From: Azolla caroliniana | Lineage: Eukaryota > Plantae > Polypodiophyta | Assembly: GCA_043228905.1 (NCBI GenBank) | Contig: JBHGNT010000068.1 | Span: 70,590-134,589, forward strand | Length of the DNA: 64,000 nucleotides | Direction of reading: 5' to 3' | Shown: positions 46,281-59,849 of the stretch, one piece after another | How positions within the stretch are numbered: position 1 is the first letter of the stretch | Layout: the number at the start of each line of letters is the position of its first letter | Position numbers and translations under genes: made by a program | Notes under the pieces: generated by a model | Databases searched by the model: none | Told to the model about the DNA's origin: nothing | The model's input: only the letters and a program-made list of their open reading frames with translations

Positions 46281-46650
46281 AGGTATTGGGAACTCTTATA
46301 TTAAACAAGTTAACACTATACATATTGTTTCAGTCTTTACTATATGTGCATATGTATATTTTTAAAGCCCTTCTTAAGATTTAATTAGTTTCTTAATTAA
46401 TAGTTAACACAACGGATTGTGAGTGAGTTTGTGAGGTTATGATCAACCAAATGCTCAAGACTTTTTGTCAACCATTGTCGCCCAATTCACTACCAATTTA
46501 CTAATAGGGTATATGGTGGTTGAATCTCTTGGCGCACGACATCGCCATCGACATGGAGGTAGAACTCCATGGTCAATAGACGTGTTGTCGGTGGTGTGCA
46601 CCTTGAGAAAAAATACATGTTTAAGCGGATGTAGTGGATGCCTACATAAA

Positions 46651-47081
46651 TGTTGAGAGACAAGCTCAACATCGGCCGGATCAGTTGAGCAAGCCGAGGA
46701 CCGGATCGGTTGGGACCGATCGGTTAGGCCGGATCGATCGGTACCAGTACGCAGACCGGTGCGTAGGAAGGCCGGATCGGTACAAAAACCGTGAGGCCAT
46801 CGGAAAGATATTCCGCAAGGAATATATTTGGGAGTTAGTGTAGGGGCTCCTTAATGAGCATTGAAGTACTGTCAGTACTTCTGTCAGTCTGAAAAGGACT
46901 TGTATAAAAGTGTTCATTGAACACACACGATGTACAAATCGAGTATTATTTTTTAATTGAGTTCTCGTGTTTACTTTCTCTCTGTCTCTCCCGTGCGTAC
47001 TGTGCAAACCTAAGCTTTCCATTAAACCTGCGTTTTCTGTTGTTCGGTTTCCTATATTGCTTCCGCACGCCATACTTTACA
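46651..47081. mobile_element. Solo LTR (431 bp)
   Basis: TGTTG...TTACA termini, exact 5-bp TSD ATAAA (46646-46650 and 47082-47086), internal TATAAAA near 46903 and GC-rich CCGGATCGG repeats. Confidence 0.82.
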
Positions 47082-49736
47082 ATAAACTTAACAAAAACTA
47101 GCAACCTACATTGCATTGTACATGCCAATAAAATTGAAATATACCACTTTGCCAATGGTTTGATACTTTTGAGGTAATTAGAAATTCCCATGGTATGCCA
47201 CCGACAAGTAGGCTCCAATAAATTACAATTAGATCAAATTTTGTAACCAATTATGCTTGAGAACTAAGTCCTCACAAAAACCATTAAAGCTTACAAAATA
47301 TAATATCTATATGATTTCCAATTCTGATTGTTTGTGATTTGCACACGATGTTTGCACTGATTATTGTTGGTTGAAGGAAAGAAAGTGTAATATAATGTGA
47401 GAATTGTTTGCAAGAACACAATTGTGGTCATTCATCCATCGTAAGTTAATGTCAACCAATGTTATATCTAGAAGAGTGTCCTTAACAACTATCCTTACCA
47501 CACAAAACATGTTGCAGAGTGAATTCCTTATTAACATATTATTATGAAGATATGCATGTAAAATCCTTGTAGATGTTGGTGTCTATATTGTCAAGTTGGT
47601 TAGTGATAGAGATATGAAGGAATGAATATATTTTGTTTTATGTTTAGTTCTTCCTAACATTTATACTTCCAACCCTTGTCAAATCACCTTGATCACCATC
47701 CCACCTAGCAACTTAAGATATTTGTCATTTCTTTATAATGGCCAATCAAATTTATGCAAAGTTGTTTTTTCATTTCTTCTTGATGCACAAAATAACATCT
47801 CAAAAAAACATTGTCCAATTCTGAAAACTGTCGACACTAAGTTTCATTCCTCTAGGATTAATCATTGTATCCTATGCTCTTTTGTGGTTTGATTTATGTT
47901 CTAAATTTTAAAATGGCTTGTGTTTGAGACTCACAAACCATTACCAAATACTATTCCGACCTCTACATGTTAATTTTGTACACCCAACGCCACTTGCTTC
48001 CAAAAGGAAGGAAGCTCTAGCTTATGGGGTTAACGGAGCAAAAAATTGAAAATAGCTAATTGGATGCAAATCCAAAATGACCCAAAAACAAATGGATGTA
48101 GTCACCAATTTTTTGACGGTTGCAAGTGGAGATCCTTCTTTCAGCGTTTCCAAAAGATAGTCATGAATGTTTTTTCTCAAAAGGTAAGCATATGACATCG
48201 TGGAAGAAGCCAATCGAAAAAAACTAACAAATCATATAGTGAACATTTTTGGTTCTTGAGTTATTTATGCCATTTTCAATGGACTTGCCTTGCAAGGTAG
48301 TTGGCTACTTGCAACTTGTGCCCTTCATATATTCAACAACCACATGACAACACCGTGAATGCTTTACGTGGAATTTGGAGGAAATGATTCCCAATGCTAA
48401 AGATGGGCCATTCATTTCATTTCTATTTAGGAATCACAAATAATGACTCGTGGTTCGAACAAGGACTAGTTGGAATTGTAGTTGGAAAATCTTACTTTTC
48501 TATATGAGAAAAAACAATGGGTCCAATAATAATATTGCAGTTTGTACGATTAATAATTAGAAAGAAAGAGGGAGAAATCAATAAGAAAAGAGATGCATTG
48601 ACCAAGCCAACTCAAATGATGGCAATAATGCACAAAGAGGTCCCCTAAGAGAGAGCCAAGAAAGAAATATCAAGAATTAACAAATTATATATGTCAATGG
48701 AAAGAAGGTATGACTCGGTAACAAAAAACATTAGAAATCACTAGATAACCCATGAGATGTCTAAAACAAAAACAAATCGATAAATAGTCAAGAATTGTGG
48801 CATCTACACTCGACAAAGACAAACAAGTCAAGTATAGGGGGAAACTACCTCCTCCAACTAGCCCCCAAAAGGTTGTATTTATAAGGCTCACAATGGCCTT
48901 TTATTGTTTACGCTTTTAATTTTATATTTCAACCATTTGTTAGTGGGCAATTTGTGAGGTTTTATGCTCAACAAAGGAACCCCTTGATGTCTAAGAACTT
49001 AGAAGTCAACATTAGTGTTCAATAAGGCTTGCTCGAAACAAGAAAGGGGTGATTCATGTGATATGTTGAAAGGACCATCTATTATATTGCAAGATATTTG
49101 CACCACAAATTTCTTCAGCATAACGTGTGATGCTCAATGCTTATAATGTATGTATATTTATGTATTTATTTTTTTCTCAAAACTAGCAAGGAACAAATTA
49201 TGTGATACTTTCCAAAACTAGGAAGGGGTGATTGGCTTGTGATACTTTCTCGACAAGATGAACCTTTGTCTACTTGCAAGAGATTTTCATGAGAGAAGAA
49301 CATGTTATGCTTGATGTTATTGGCATGTGTGTGAGAGAGAGAGAGAGGAAAAAAAGATACATTGGCTTCTTCCAAGAGGCCAAAATGGCCTATAAGACCA
49401 AACAAGAGATTATATTTTAAAGTGTTGTCTTGTCTTTGAGAGAGAGCATGAAAAGAAAACCCTTTTTGAAGATGGCGTCTAGACTACCTAAATAAAGTCA
49501 ACGAACAACTACCCCAAAGTGGACATTGCATCATCCTAGGCACTAATAGATTGGAGATGGACTATCTTATGAGCAATTTCTTACTCATGAGATAATTTGA
49601 AATCCTAATTCCTCATGTTATGCCAACAAGAAGCAAGTTCATTGTATCCCTCAAAGCATTTCTTCATTTGTATGGATATGTGTGATTGTTAGGTATGGCC
49701 ACCTTTTAAAGACACGTCACACCATAGTGAGCCACA

Positions 49737-50320
49737 TCTTTTGAAAAAAGCAAAAGGTTGGAAACTAAGTTCTAAACTCTTTCTTTCTATTTGGTGTGTG
49801 TGTCTGTGTGTGTGGGTGGGTGCACGCGTGTACCTTCATTAATTGTTAATCCTTTTTGGTGAATTCTCACACTCACTTCACATTTGGGTGGACATGGTTT
49901 AGGTTCGGAATTTTTTTCAATGTGTATGCTTGTAGTATCACGAGTAGAATTTCATAAGTGTGGTGGTGGACCGCGGTCCCAAGCACGATGTATGTGATGC
50001 CATGTTCTTTCGAAAAAAGCAAAAGGTTGGAAACTAAGTTCTAAACTCTTTCTTTCTGTTTGGGGTGTGTGTGTGTGTGCGCGCACGCGCGTGTGTATCT
50101 TCATTAATTGTTGTATATACTTTTTTGAAGTTTAATGAGAAGAATCCTTTTTCGTGAATTCTAAAAAGAGATTTCATTAATGCTTAGTCACAATCACTTC
50201 ACATTTGGGTGTACATGGTTTAGGTCCGGAAATTTTTTCAATGTGTATGCTTGTAGTATCACGACTAGAATTTCGTAAGTGTGGTGGCGGTCCCAAGCAC
50301 GATGTGTGTGATGCCATGTT
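49737..50320. repeat. Diverged tandem duplication, about 270-310-bp units
   Basis: GAAAAAAGCAAAAGGTTGGAAACTAAGTTC...CCCAAGCACGATGTNTGTGATGCCATGTT present twice with indels. Confidence 0.85.
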
Positions 50321-51706
50321 TGATCACATTCTTAACAAAGACATTGATTCCCCATGCCTAAAGACAAAAAATATTGCTGATATGTGACATTGATTCCCCA
50401 TGTCTCACATATCAAAACTTTAATGGATATATAGAAGAGAAATTTGTATTGAAACATAGTGGAGCACATCTCTTAGCACATTTTACATAAGAAAGAAAGG
50501 AAGTCATAAGTATACTAAATCTGTGAGACATAAATCCATTAAATGATTGTGGCTGAAATCATATAATGTTATAGTAGAATTATGCAAGATGTACAATGAA
50601 GCTTCACAATATACTCATCCTCATAAGGAAATTCAAACTACGGAAAAGACAAAACTGCGGCATGGTATATGAGTTGGGGAATCACAATCGAACCAATCAT
50701 GTCAAAGAGAAAGTTGTGTAAGAGTTTGTTAGGTATTCAAATTTCATTTTACAATAAGAGTATATACGCTCCACTTCCATGCAAGAAGTCTTCCTTACTC
50801 CTTGATTTCTCAACAAATGAAGTTAAATCACAATGAGAAAACCATTGCTTTTATAATCTGCAATAAATCCAAACCAGCATATACAAAATACATGTGCATA
50901 GATTCTTCCAACTACGAATATATAATACATAATACATTGTCAATGTATAGTGTATGCTTCACAACTTTTCTCCTAAAGAAATTGTCAAGAGAGAAGTGAT
51001 GATATATTTCAACTTCATTGGGAGCTCGAAAACATGACTTATCGGACCAAATACTCAAGTTACCGAGAACTGATGATATTTAACTTCTTTGGGAGACTGA
51101 AACCATCACTTCCTAGTAGGTGTCCCATGGGTGCAACACCATCAATGTTCGCAATTTGCTCTTTTACCTCTTTTTTTACCAACAAGAGAACAATAGAAGA
51201 GAGACATGAGAGAGATAGAAAGCCCTTTGTACTAACAAAAGAGAGTGGCACAATGATCCCCAAGATTTTGAGGTAATAAAAGAGATTTACACCGCTTGGA
51301 ACATTATGACAATTTCAAATCGTGAGGTAACTTCGTTCGCAAATCAGATGCAATCCTGCTATTTGAACAATACATATCAACGTAAATGTCCATGAATCGA
51401 AATCTAATGTTGCATTTACTATACCAGCAAAACAAATGCAAATAACTTGAATATCTCTGTCAATGTACATTTTATCAATTTCCTTCTCCTCAAACAATGG
51501 CATTACACATTCAGTTTCCAACACCAACTAAAGGCTGGAAAACAATAGCCTTGTTTGGGGCCAATGCTAAACTGCTTCTAGATAGACCTATAATCATATG
51601 TAGAAGGAAGTCAGCAACCCGAAAGAAAATATTTAAGGCAACTGCTACATCAATACAACTCTCCCCAAATCATACAAAGAAAGCAATCAAAACAAAAACA
51701 TGTAAA

Positions 51707-53572
51707 TTAGTTTGACATGCATAGGAAGATTTTGGCGAACGATGCCATGTGTTGGCGTTGGAGAGAGATGATGAGTCGGAAGCCACCCGCATTGGAGGCC
51801 AATGGTGACCTCATGACATAAGCGAGTCCTTCAAATCCGATGTGGGCAGGGCCCGCATGGATAGGCTGCCCCCACCCGAAATCACACTCATAGATAGGCA
51901 ATTGGGTCCAACTTGTGAACCCCACATTGGGTGATGCAAACGTGTGTGCCCCCTTGATAAAGCGCTTCGTGTCGGGAACCTCTTCTAAAAAGTCCAAGGC
52001 CGAGCGGCAGTATGGGTCATCGAGTTTCCGTAGCGCCTGCCTGACCCGGCTGGCTGCCACCACAATGTCTTCCTTCACTACCTCGCCCGCATCTGCCGCC
52101 ATTACACTGGTAAAGATCACATTCCCAAAGTAGCCTTCTGGTAGTCCACGCATCCGCGACCGTCCATCCACTGCCACAATCATCTTGCTCTTCACCCCTT
52201 CCCCTAGTTTCCTCGCCTCACACACTGACCTCCACAAGTGTGCTGCCAGTAGCTCGTACGACGTGTAGGGCTTGGTATCCCCTGTGCCCGCAGCCAGGTG
52301 TTCTTCCTGCATCTGCTTCAGCTTTTGCACAAGCTCTTTTGGGATCTCAAACATCTCCACTATGCTCTCATCGGCATTGGCTTTTGCTGTACTCACTTTT
52401 CCAGCATTGACCACATGGTTGTTGCTGTGGTGCCCATTTGACTCTTCATCCTCTTCTTCCTCAGATCCATTGCTACTAGAATTTATCGTATGATCATTGT
52501 CATTATCATGGTCTGCATCCAAAGGAGGTTCATGTTGCAGCCCATTCGCCACCTGATTATGTGTAGAAGAACCATTTGTGATGGTCACTTCACCATTAGA
52601 TTTATGCCCATTCGACACATCATGTTCGGTGCTTGAATCATCAAAGGCATTGAGGGAATGCTTCCGTTTACCCATGCTAGAGGGGGGGGTATATGGGGCT
52701 GCTGCACCCACTTTCTCAGCATTATAGTTGGGGGGTAATGGCAAAGAGAGGTATTCTTCATGAGCAAATTCCGGGGTTGGAGGGGTTCTCGCCTGGAGGC
52801 ACTTGCGATCGAAGTAAACCTTGTCATTGAAAGGGACACCTCTGGATATGTCGGCCCAAGTGTTGAGAAATTTAACGGCTGATTTTCCATCGGCCACATG
52901 ATGCTCGATGCCAGTTCCAACAGAAATACCGCCGCATTTGAATTTGGTGACCTAAAAAGGAACAAAAAGGAAAAAGGAGAACATGTCACATAGGAGCGGA
53001 CGTAAAGAAAAAAGGCCTACCTTGAGGCGTCCTCTAAATCTAGAGTACACACCTCAATATCTAGCTAAAGAAGGGACACCCACATGAGGGAGGGGAAAGA
53101 GTTTAGTACAGATCTGTATAGCTCAGCTGAATTGGTTGGTTCCTACCTGTATGACCACCAGGGGCTGCGTGGCGAGATCGGCAGTGGAATCGAGCGTGGG
53201 GACAAGGTCCAGAAGATTCGGGTTGGGTGTGAAACCACCAGGCAGTGCGTTCATTTCGCAAGAGCAGTGTGCCTCAACGAACAAGACACCTGCGTCGTTA
53301 CAATCGATCTGGAGGCGGCCGGAAGGGTCATGGGAGAGGCGGCCGGCCATGGGCCAGAAGTGGGAAAGCGCGGTGCCCAATGCCTGCTTCAGACGAGAGA
53401 TCTCGTGATGATGATCAGAGGCAAGCAGGGGATGCTTCTTGTCGAAGAAATAGACGGTCTTGATGTAGGCGTTGAGGATGACGAGGTCCAAATTGGAGGT
53501 CCACAGGGATGAGGGGTGGGGGATGGGATTCAGGGGGACAACCATCTCTGAATTCACCACTTCTACATCCAT
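51707..53572 (-). CDS. BAHD acyltransferase, HCT-like (hydroxycinnamoyl-CoA shikimate/quinate transferase clade), 556 aa, 2 exons
   Basis: Exon 1 is 53572-53147 and exon 2 is 52951-51707, with the conserved BAHD 'Q' intron (IQ|VTKFKCGG). HHVAD catalytic motif, YFGN, DFGWG, and HCT-like LWTSNLDL and GAHTF.SPN.G.TSW..LPI. Confidence 0.93.
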
Positions 53573-53815
53573 CGCTCTTCTCTGTTTTCTTCTTCTTCTT
53601 CTTCTTCTTCTTCCTCTTAACTATGACAAGTATGGCCACTGCTACTGCTACTGCTACTGCTACTGCTTCCTCTACCCCTCTCTCTGGGATCTGTATTTAG
53701 GTTTGCTTCGCTAAGTTTTGGTGGATTTTGTGGGCACCGACGTCTGAAGAAGAAGAAGAACGTCTATCTCTCTCTCTCTCTCTCTATCTCTCTGTCTGTC
53801 TTTATTTCGTCTACT

Positions 53816-53822
53816 ATTTATA
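53816..53822 (-). promoter_or_regulatory. Probable TATA box of the BAHD gene
   Basis: CCTATAAATAG on minus, about 245 bp upstream of the ATG and followed by a GA-rich leader. Confidence 0.6.
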
Positions 53823-53985
53823 GGTATCTTCTAATAAAAGTAGGGAGGGGAGGGCAGAAATAGTAGAAGAAGAGTGGGCTTCCTCCCTCCCTCCCTCTTC
53901 TTGTCTTTGCCTGCTTGCTTCTCTTTCTCTTTTTGAAACCCTCCTTCTTCTTCTCTCTCCACGTCTCTCTCTCTCTCTCTCTCTC

Positions 53986-54028
53986 TTTGGCCTTAGAAGA
54001 CGTTAATACATCTTTCTTTCTTTCTTTC
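53986..54028 (+). mobile_element. Ultra-short 3'-end copy of the LINE at 1-8404
   Basis: TTTGGCCTTAGAAGACGTTAATACA plus (TCTT)n is identical to 8359-8400 and is embedded in a (CT)n tract. Confidence 0.85.
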
Positions 54029-54237
54029 TCTCTCTCTTTCCTTCTTCTCTTGTGTGTGTGTGTGTGTGTGTCTGGGCCTCTGACTAGCATTTTTATTTGT
54101 GGCACATGTTCCCCGTGCCTCCCTTGCCATTATTACTCGCATATTTTCTTTGAATTCCTTTGGGGATGTTAATCTGTGGCTCTTCCCAACACCACACACC
54201 CCCCAATTCATCCACACCCTCATGTTTTTGTTGGATT

Positions 54238-54294
<57 letters not shown>

Positions 54295-57252
54295 TGTTCC
54301 TTCTACACCTCTACTCTACTCTCTCTTGTGTCTTGGCTCTTCTCTTCTGGACACACATGGTTCGCTCCGCTACATATGCACCGTGACCCCACATCACATC
54401 ACACTCTATCCATCTCTCCACTTCAGTAAATACGTCATGTTGCTCACTTGTTAGCTGTTAGCATCCCTTCACACACGCACATGCTCGCTCGCATATTCAA
54501 CAGATGCCCCTACCTTGCGGCTGCCCCACCTCACTCTCCAATGTCCATGCATATATGTATATATATATATATGCTCCATCATCCTCGTATCATACTTTTT
54601 GCTTTACATCGTATTTATTGATAATCGTTTATGTGTAAGTAATCGCCTCTGAAAAAAAGGTCAACATGTTACGTGCTCTCCACGTAGTGCATTATTTTAA
54701 TACGTAAGAGTGCCTCACCCCTCAATACTTCCCAAAACTTGTAAGTAAGAGGGGAAGGAGGGAGGAGGGCACATTTGCTAAATCATTGATATTGTGGTTC
54801 ATCTTCTCGGGATACATACTTTTCGAATGTTTTTGGTTAAATCGGAGGGAATGCTTATTCGTATTTTTGAAATTGAACAAAGTTCTCGATTTTGATAATT
54901 ATATACCCCATGCAACCTTTGGAATGCTAACACGATAGCATGTGTTTATGGATTTGGCCATGTATTCTACGGTCAAGGCTTGTGTTTCTAATACACATTT
55001 ATGTACAACTATGTGAGAGCGAGTAAGAATGGGAGATGATGATGTTTGACATGAGATTCTGGGCAAATAGAGCAATGAGAGTAAGGATTTAGGACGGTGG
55101 GAAAGAATTTTTTTTATTTTTTTATTTTTTTATTTTTTATTTTTATTTTTTTTGGGGGGAGGGGGGGGGGGGGATTGGCCACACAAAGCATGTGGGTTTT
55201 ACATAGAAAGTCAGAATGCATGGGGCCATATCTCACCATTTCTGAATTCGCTCATGCATATTTCAACTTTGGAGGCTTCCCTCGATGCCAAGATCCTTAA
55301 AACTTACGCATGAGCATCTTTTGAGAGGGTTTGTAAATTAAAGGCCCCATGGACAAGGTAAAATTGCATAGCTATTAAACCATATGCATTAATCATTAGA
55401 TTGTAGGTTAAAATGCACCCTTAACTTTTTGGAAAAATAAAAATATAAAAAAAATATAATGCACCCTCAATTACGATAATCATAAATCATGATTTAATGC
55501 CACAAGAAACCACAATTTTATATTGAGATCGACCCAATTCAAATTTTCTAATTCCAGCCTAACATGTTTGAAGATATTTTAATATCCCAATAGAAAGAAT
55601 AAAGTTCGAGGATAAGTGGTTTGTACAATAAAAAATGTGAACCTTTAGGGATTTTGATTTCTTGTTAAATCTTCAACATATTTGTTTCCATGAATTGGGA
55701 CACCTATTTAGAACTATGGTTCAAACATCAATGCCAAAAACTTCTCTTCTATACATGAGATACAACAAACAACTCACATAGCACCACCCGTTTCTTGAAT
55801 GGAATCTATACTCAATACTTAGACATGACAAACCAATGCTAACAAGCATCTAAAAAATCACGTTGAAAAAAGCAAAGGAGTTATAAATACCCTATGGTTT
55901 TTTTGTTTGTTTTTTTTTTTAAAGGAAGATGCACCTTAGTATATTACTTGAAAAGTGTACATAGGAAAAACAGAAGGAGACATTTCATCTCACTTCTTTT
56001 TGTAAGATACAAATGCTAGTAGATCTTATCAAACAGATGAGGTCATATATGAACAAGTAGAACAATACTTACTATCCACCATCCAACATAAAAGAAGGTA
56101 TGGCATAATTTCACTTTTGACCAGGAGTTGTCTCTAAAAAAAACTGGAGTCCTTGCCATCGGTTCTAAAAGGCCACTTGCCATTGCCACAACACATCATC
56201 CGAACCCTGCAAATCATCATATATGACCATCTAGTGTGTGAACAAACAACATCTAGAATTCAATAAGCATGGTGTTGAGCTGTATATGGGCATTGTTAAA
56301 AACAAAATCACGTCTCATTTTCCATATTATCCAAAGAGCCAATGACCTAATAGTACGCCAAATGACCAGATTTTTAATTCTGAACCGTGAAATACCCTAA
56401 GTTGTTGGACCACATGATTTGTATATTGCCATCGCACATGCTTTCCCCTAATTTATGTATGATCTTGCATATACCGCTTCCATGTTGCATGTCTAGTCAT
56501 CTTATGGATTTCAAATCTTCTGGTTGGCTATCAACTTGTTGGCAATTTAACATATTGGTTTGTCATTAGAAAGTGTGAATTACTCAGCCAATTGCCATAT
56601 CATGGTCTTGATCAATATGTGTTTATATGTTGTATTTTCCAAATATGTTATTAAGGGTTCCTTGTTATACAAAATGTAATGTGTGAATTTAAATGTAAAT
56701 ATATCACTTCCACTTCTTATAATCTCTTCATTTGGGAATGTTTGAAGCACATCTAATCTTAGCCTCACTAGCTCAAAAATCTTCTCTAGGTTTTCCTTAC
56801 AAGCAGCATGGGCCCGATGGGGTCCAACAACACTTCAATCCTCTTTACAAAAAGTCAAAAGCTTTTTCAAGACACTAACCCAAAATAAGATGTATTACCT
56901 TCATCTTTCATGGGTAAAACGTTGATGCTTTCTGAAAAATAAACTCATGAAAACAAAAAGGTCTACCCCAATGGAAAAGATGTTATAATACTCAATGCAC
57001 ATGTCAAAAATCGAGACAGAGTAGATCAATTCAAATGTTTTAGTATGAATTGTACGGGAGTAGGTGGGTGGTTCATGGCAAAACATCATGATTTGAAATC
57101 GAGTCGGGGCCAAGATTTTATGCAAAAAAAGGTGGCCTCCATATTTACTAGAAGGTTGGACAAAAAGTTTTGAGCATGATCTTGTGGTATATTCTCGAGA
57201 TGTGCGGTCATATCGTGGAGATCATGTGACAATACTCCAAAATTGAAGACTT

Positions 57253-57491
57253 CTAGAACCAAGTAAACATCCATATTATACACATCTGCGTGCACACACA
57301 CACACACACAAATTTTCACAGCATATACACAAAAGAATATAAATCACATCACTTGCCAACAACTATATGGAATGGAAAGGAGATAATGTGAAGGCACTCC
57401 AAAAATGAAGACATCTAGAACCAAGTAAACATCCATATTATACACATGCGCGCGCACACACACACACAATTTCTAACAACATATACACAAA
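57253..57491. repeat. Local direct duplication, about 80-bp unit repeated about 160 bp downstream
   Basis: TCTAGAACCAAGTAAACATCCATATTATACACAT...CATATACACAAAAG near 57253 and 57414. Confidence 0.8.
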
Positions 57492-59849
57492 AGTGTATAT
57501 GGTTTCCTTTGCAATAAATTACATCAACTACTGACAACTTCAATATTAAGTTGAAAATCCATAGTAAATTATGACAACAAAACGAGAACATCAATATTTG
57601 TCTCTAGATTGTGAAAGGACGGTCTTCTAACAATAAGCATATAAATAAGACACGATAAAGATGTGTGTGTGTGTACTCATTTGCATCTTGAAGACATAAC
57701 AAAGGACAAAGGACGTAAAAGATCACTATGGTAAAAACCTACAAAACTATACATGTGGTCAGTCGTTTGATATCCACATGGCCCACAATCCGATCAATAC
57801 AAAAGAAATATCGATGAACACATATATATACATATACATGGGGATGATATCAAAATATCTCCAAATAAGTAATAATGTCAACTCAGCCCTAACCTTTGTA
57901 ATTTAAAATACAATGAATAACAATAATAAAGCAAAAGCAAAATGTGGGTATTCCTTTTCATGGGAAATGAAGAGTTAAAAAGTATAAGACTTGGACTTGT
58001 TCATCCCAAATAAATTTGATTACCTTCCGATATGATGATGATGGCCTACACTTAAAAAGTTGTGTTTTTCCACACACTACTTAAAAGATAGGCTATGTAT
58101 GCTTCTTGAATCGGGGGATCAGGGCATCACGTTGTTGTTCATTAGCCTTGGGCCTTGGCAAGCTGTTAGGACATAGGTGACATGTCACAGTGGGCAAAAA
58201 GCCGCATGATAACCGACAAAAGTAGTCAAGCTTATTGATGATTCACACAACAAGTAAAAGAATAATCGATGACATGCTTCATCGGGGAGTGATGCGACTG
58301 ATGAGATGAGATACGGGTAACCAACGATGTCACTAGAGAGAGAGGAGCAGAGCTAATAAAAGGTTTTGTGTATGTATAAGAAACCATGACATTGTGTGAG
58401 AGAGAGACTTCTACCATGCACACGTTTCTAAGGAAAAAAACAAACAAAACCCACCTTTGGCGTTGGATTCAAGCGTACAAGAGGCTAGGTCATCCATCCA
58501 TTTATGACGCTCAAAATTGGACTTAGATAGTGGTCGGTAAGTGAAAGGTCAATTGCCATGAACCCACTTAGTCAATTAAGTTTCTATGTCACCTAATGAC
58601 CCATTCATTTATCGTGTACCCAACATGACCTAACGACATAAACGCACAACCTGGCCTAACCACATCGTAGAATTTCATTCTAACGCAACTGAATCTGACA
58701 GTCAACCTAATTAACAGGTAAGACGGTAGTTCAATTCTATTGTCATACAGCCTAATCAGCTTAATTATGATGCTACCTTATTAGATTACGATGCAACCTA
58801 AACAGATTATGATGTAACCTAACCTAACCTAACCAGATCAAGAGCAACTAGTTAGTTAAGATGCAACCTAACTAAATTCCATTGTGATAGATTAACATCA
58901 TGCTAATCAACTAGTAGGTTGGATGTTGCTATCGATGATGATTTAATTTGATCCAATTGGGATGCGTGATAATCTTGTTAGGTTCAATCATAAAATTGTC
59001 TAGCATATATTGAAAATCCCAACCACGTATCTCAGAACTTAGCAGAACAGATGCAAGATAATTTAGTAATTCATGCATCAAAAACACATATTTCATTATG
59101 AGTCGAGAGAGGTGATTCAGTTAAATCAACAATATGAATTTATAGCTCGCGTGATTATGCTGTGCTCCTTCCATTGATATAGTCAAACCTTAATCTAATC
59201 AGAATTTTGATTGATTTCGTTTTTTTGACCCCAAGTGGGCAGTTAGGGATATACATAAAGAAAACTCCGATGGCATGAAACAGATCAGCAACGCGGAACA
59301 AGAATCTAAAGTGTTTTGTTTGATTCATTTAATGATTGACTTTCATCCTCGTCTTCATCTTCATTTTCATATTGAAATTGATATTATCGGTATTCTTGTT
59401 TTCTATTTGCAGTTCCTTTCCAGATTGTACATTGAATGCTAGAGTCTCTCGACAAATCACTTCTTTTAACGTTGTATACTGTGTGTGTGGGAAATGAAAG
59501 CTTGAGGGCCCAGCAGCCATTGATCCACCATGTTATTACCCTAATATACAGAAATCTCTCCGTCAAGGAAGAAAGATAGCACAGACACTCTGTATATATC
59601 CTCACTCTCCAAGAAGCAGACGAAGAAGAAAGGAAATAAAAGAATAAATAATAAGCAGAAAAGAAAAATCAGCTTCAGCTTCAGCTTCAATATGTAATAC
59701 TGATTCCTATGGGCGATGGCCTTATTATTAGAAATGTGCATCCATGGCCTTGATCAAATCAATAGTATGACTAGCGAGTGAGAGTGAGAAAGATTTAAAG
59801 AATAATAATCTATACAAAGACATTTCCTTCCATGCACTGGCCACTTTCC

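Larger units (their letters stand above)
44620..48450 (-). mobile_element. Possible heavily decayed Ty3/gypsy pol remnant hosting younger insertions
   Basis: Only weak, frameshifted motif traces on minus (FLGHFGF and FAPLT near 48030-48095, KPLAKW near 47150). Boundaries uncertain. Confidence 0.3.

Noticed and set aside
58600-59000. AACCT-rich tract resembling TTAGG telomeric repeats
   Set aside because: Only about 3 consecutive units within degenerate low-complexity sequence.
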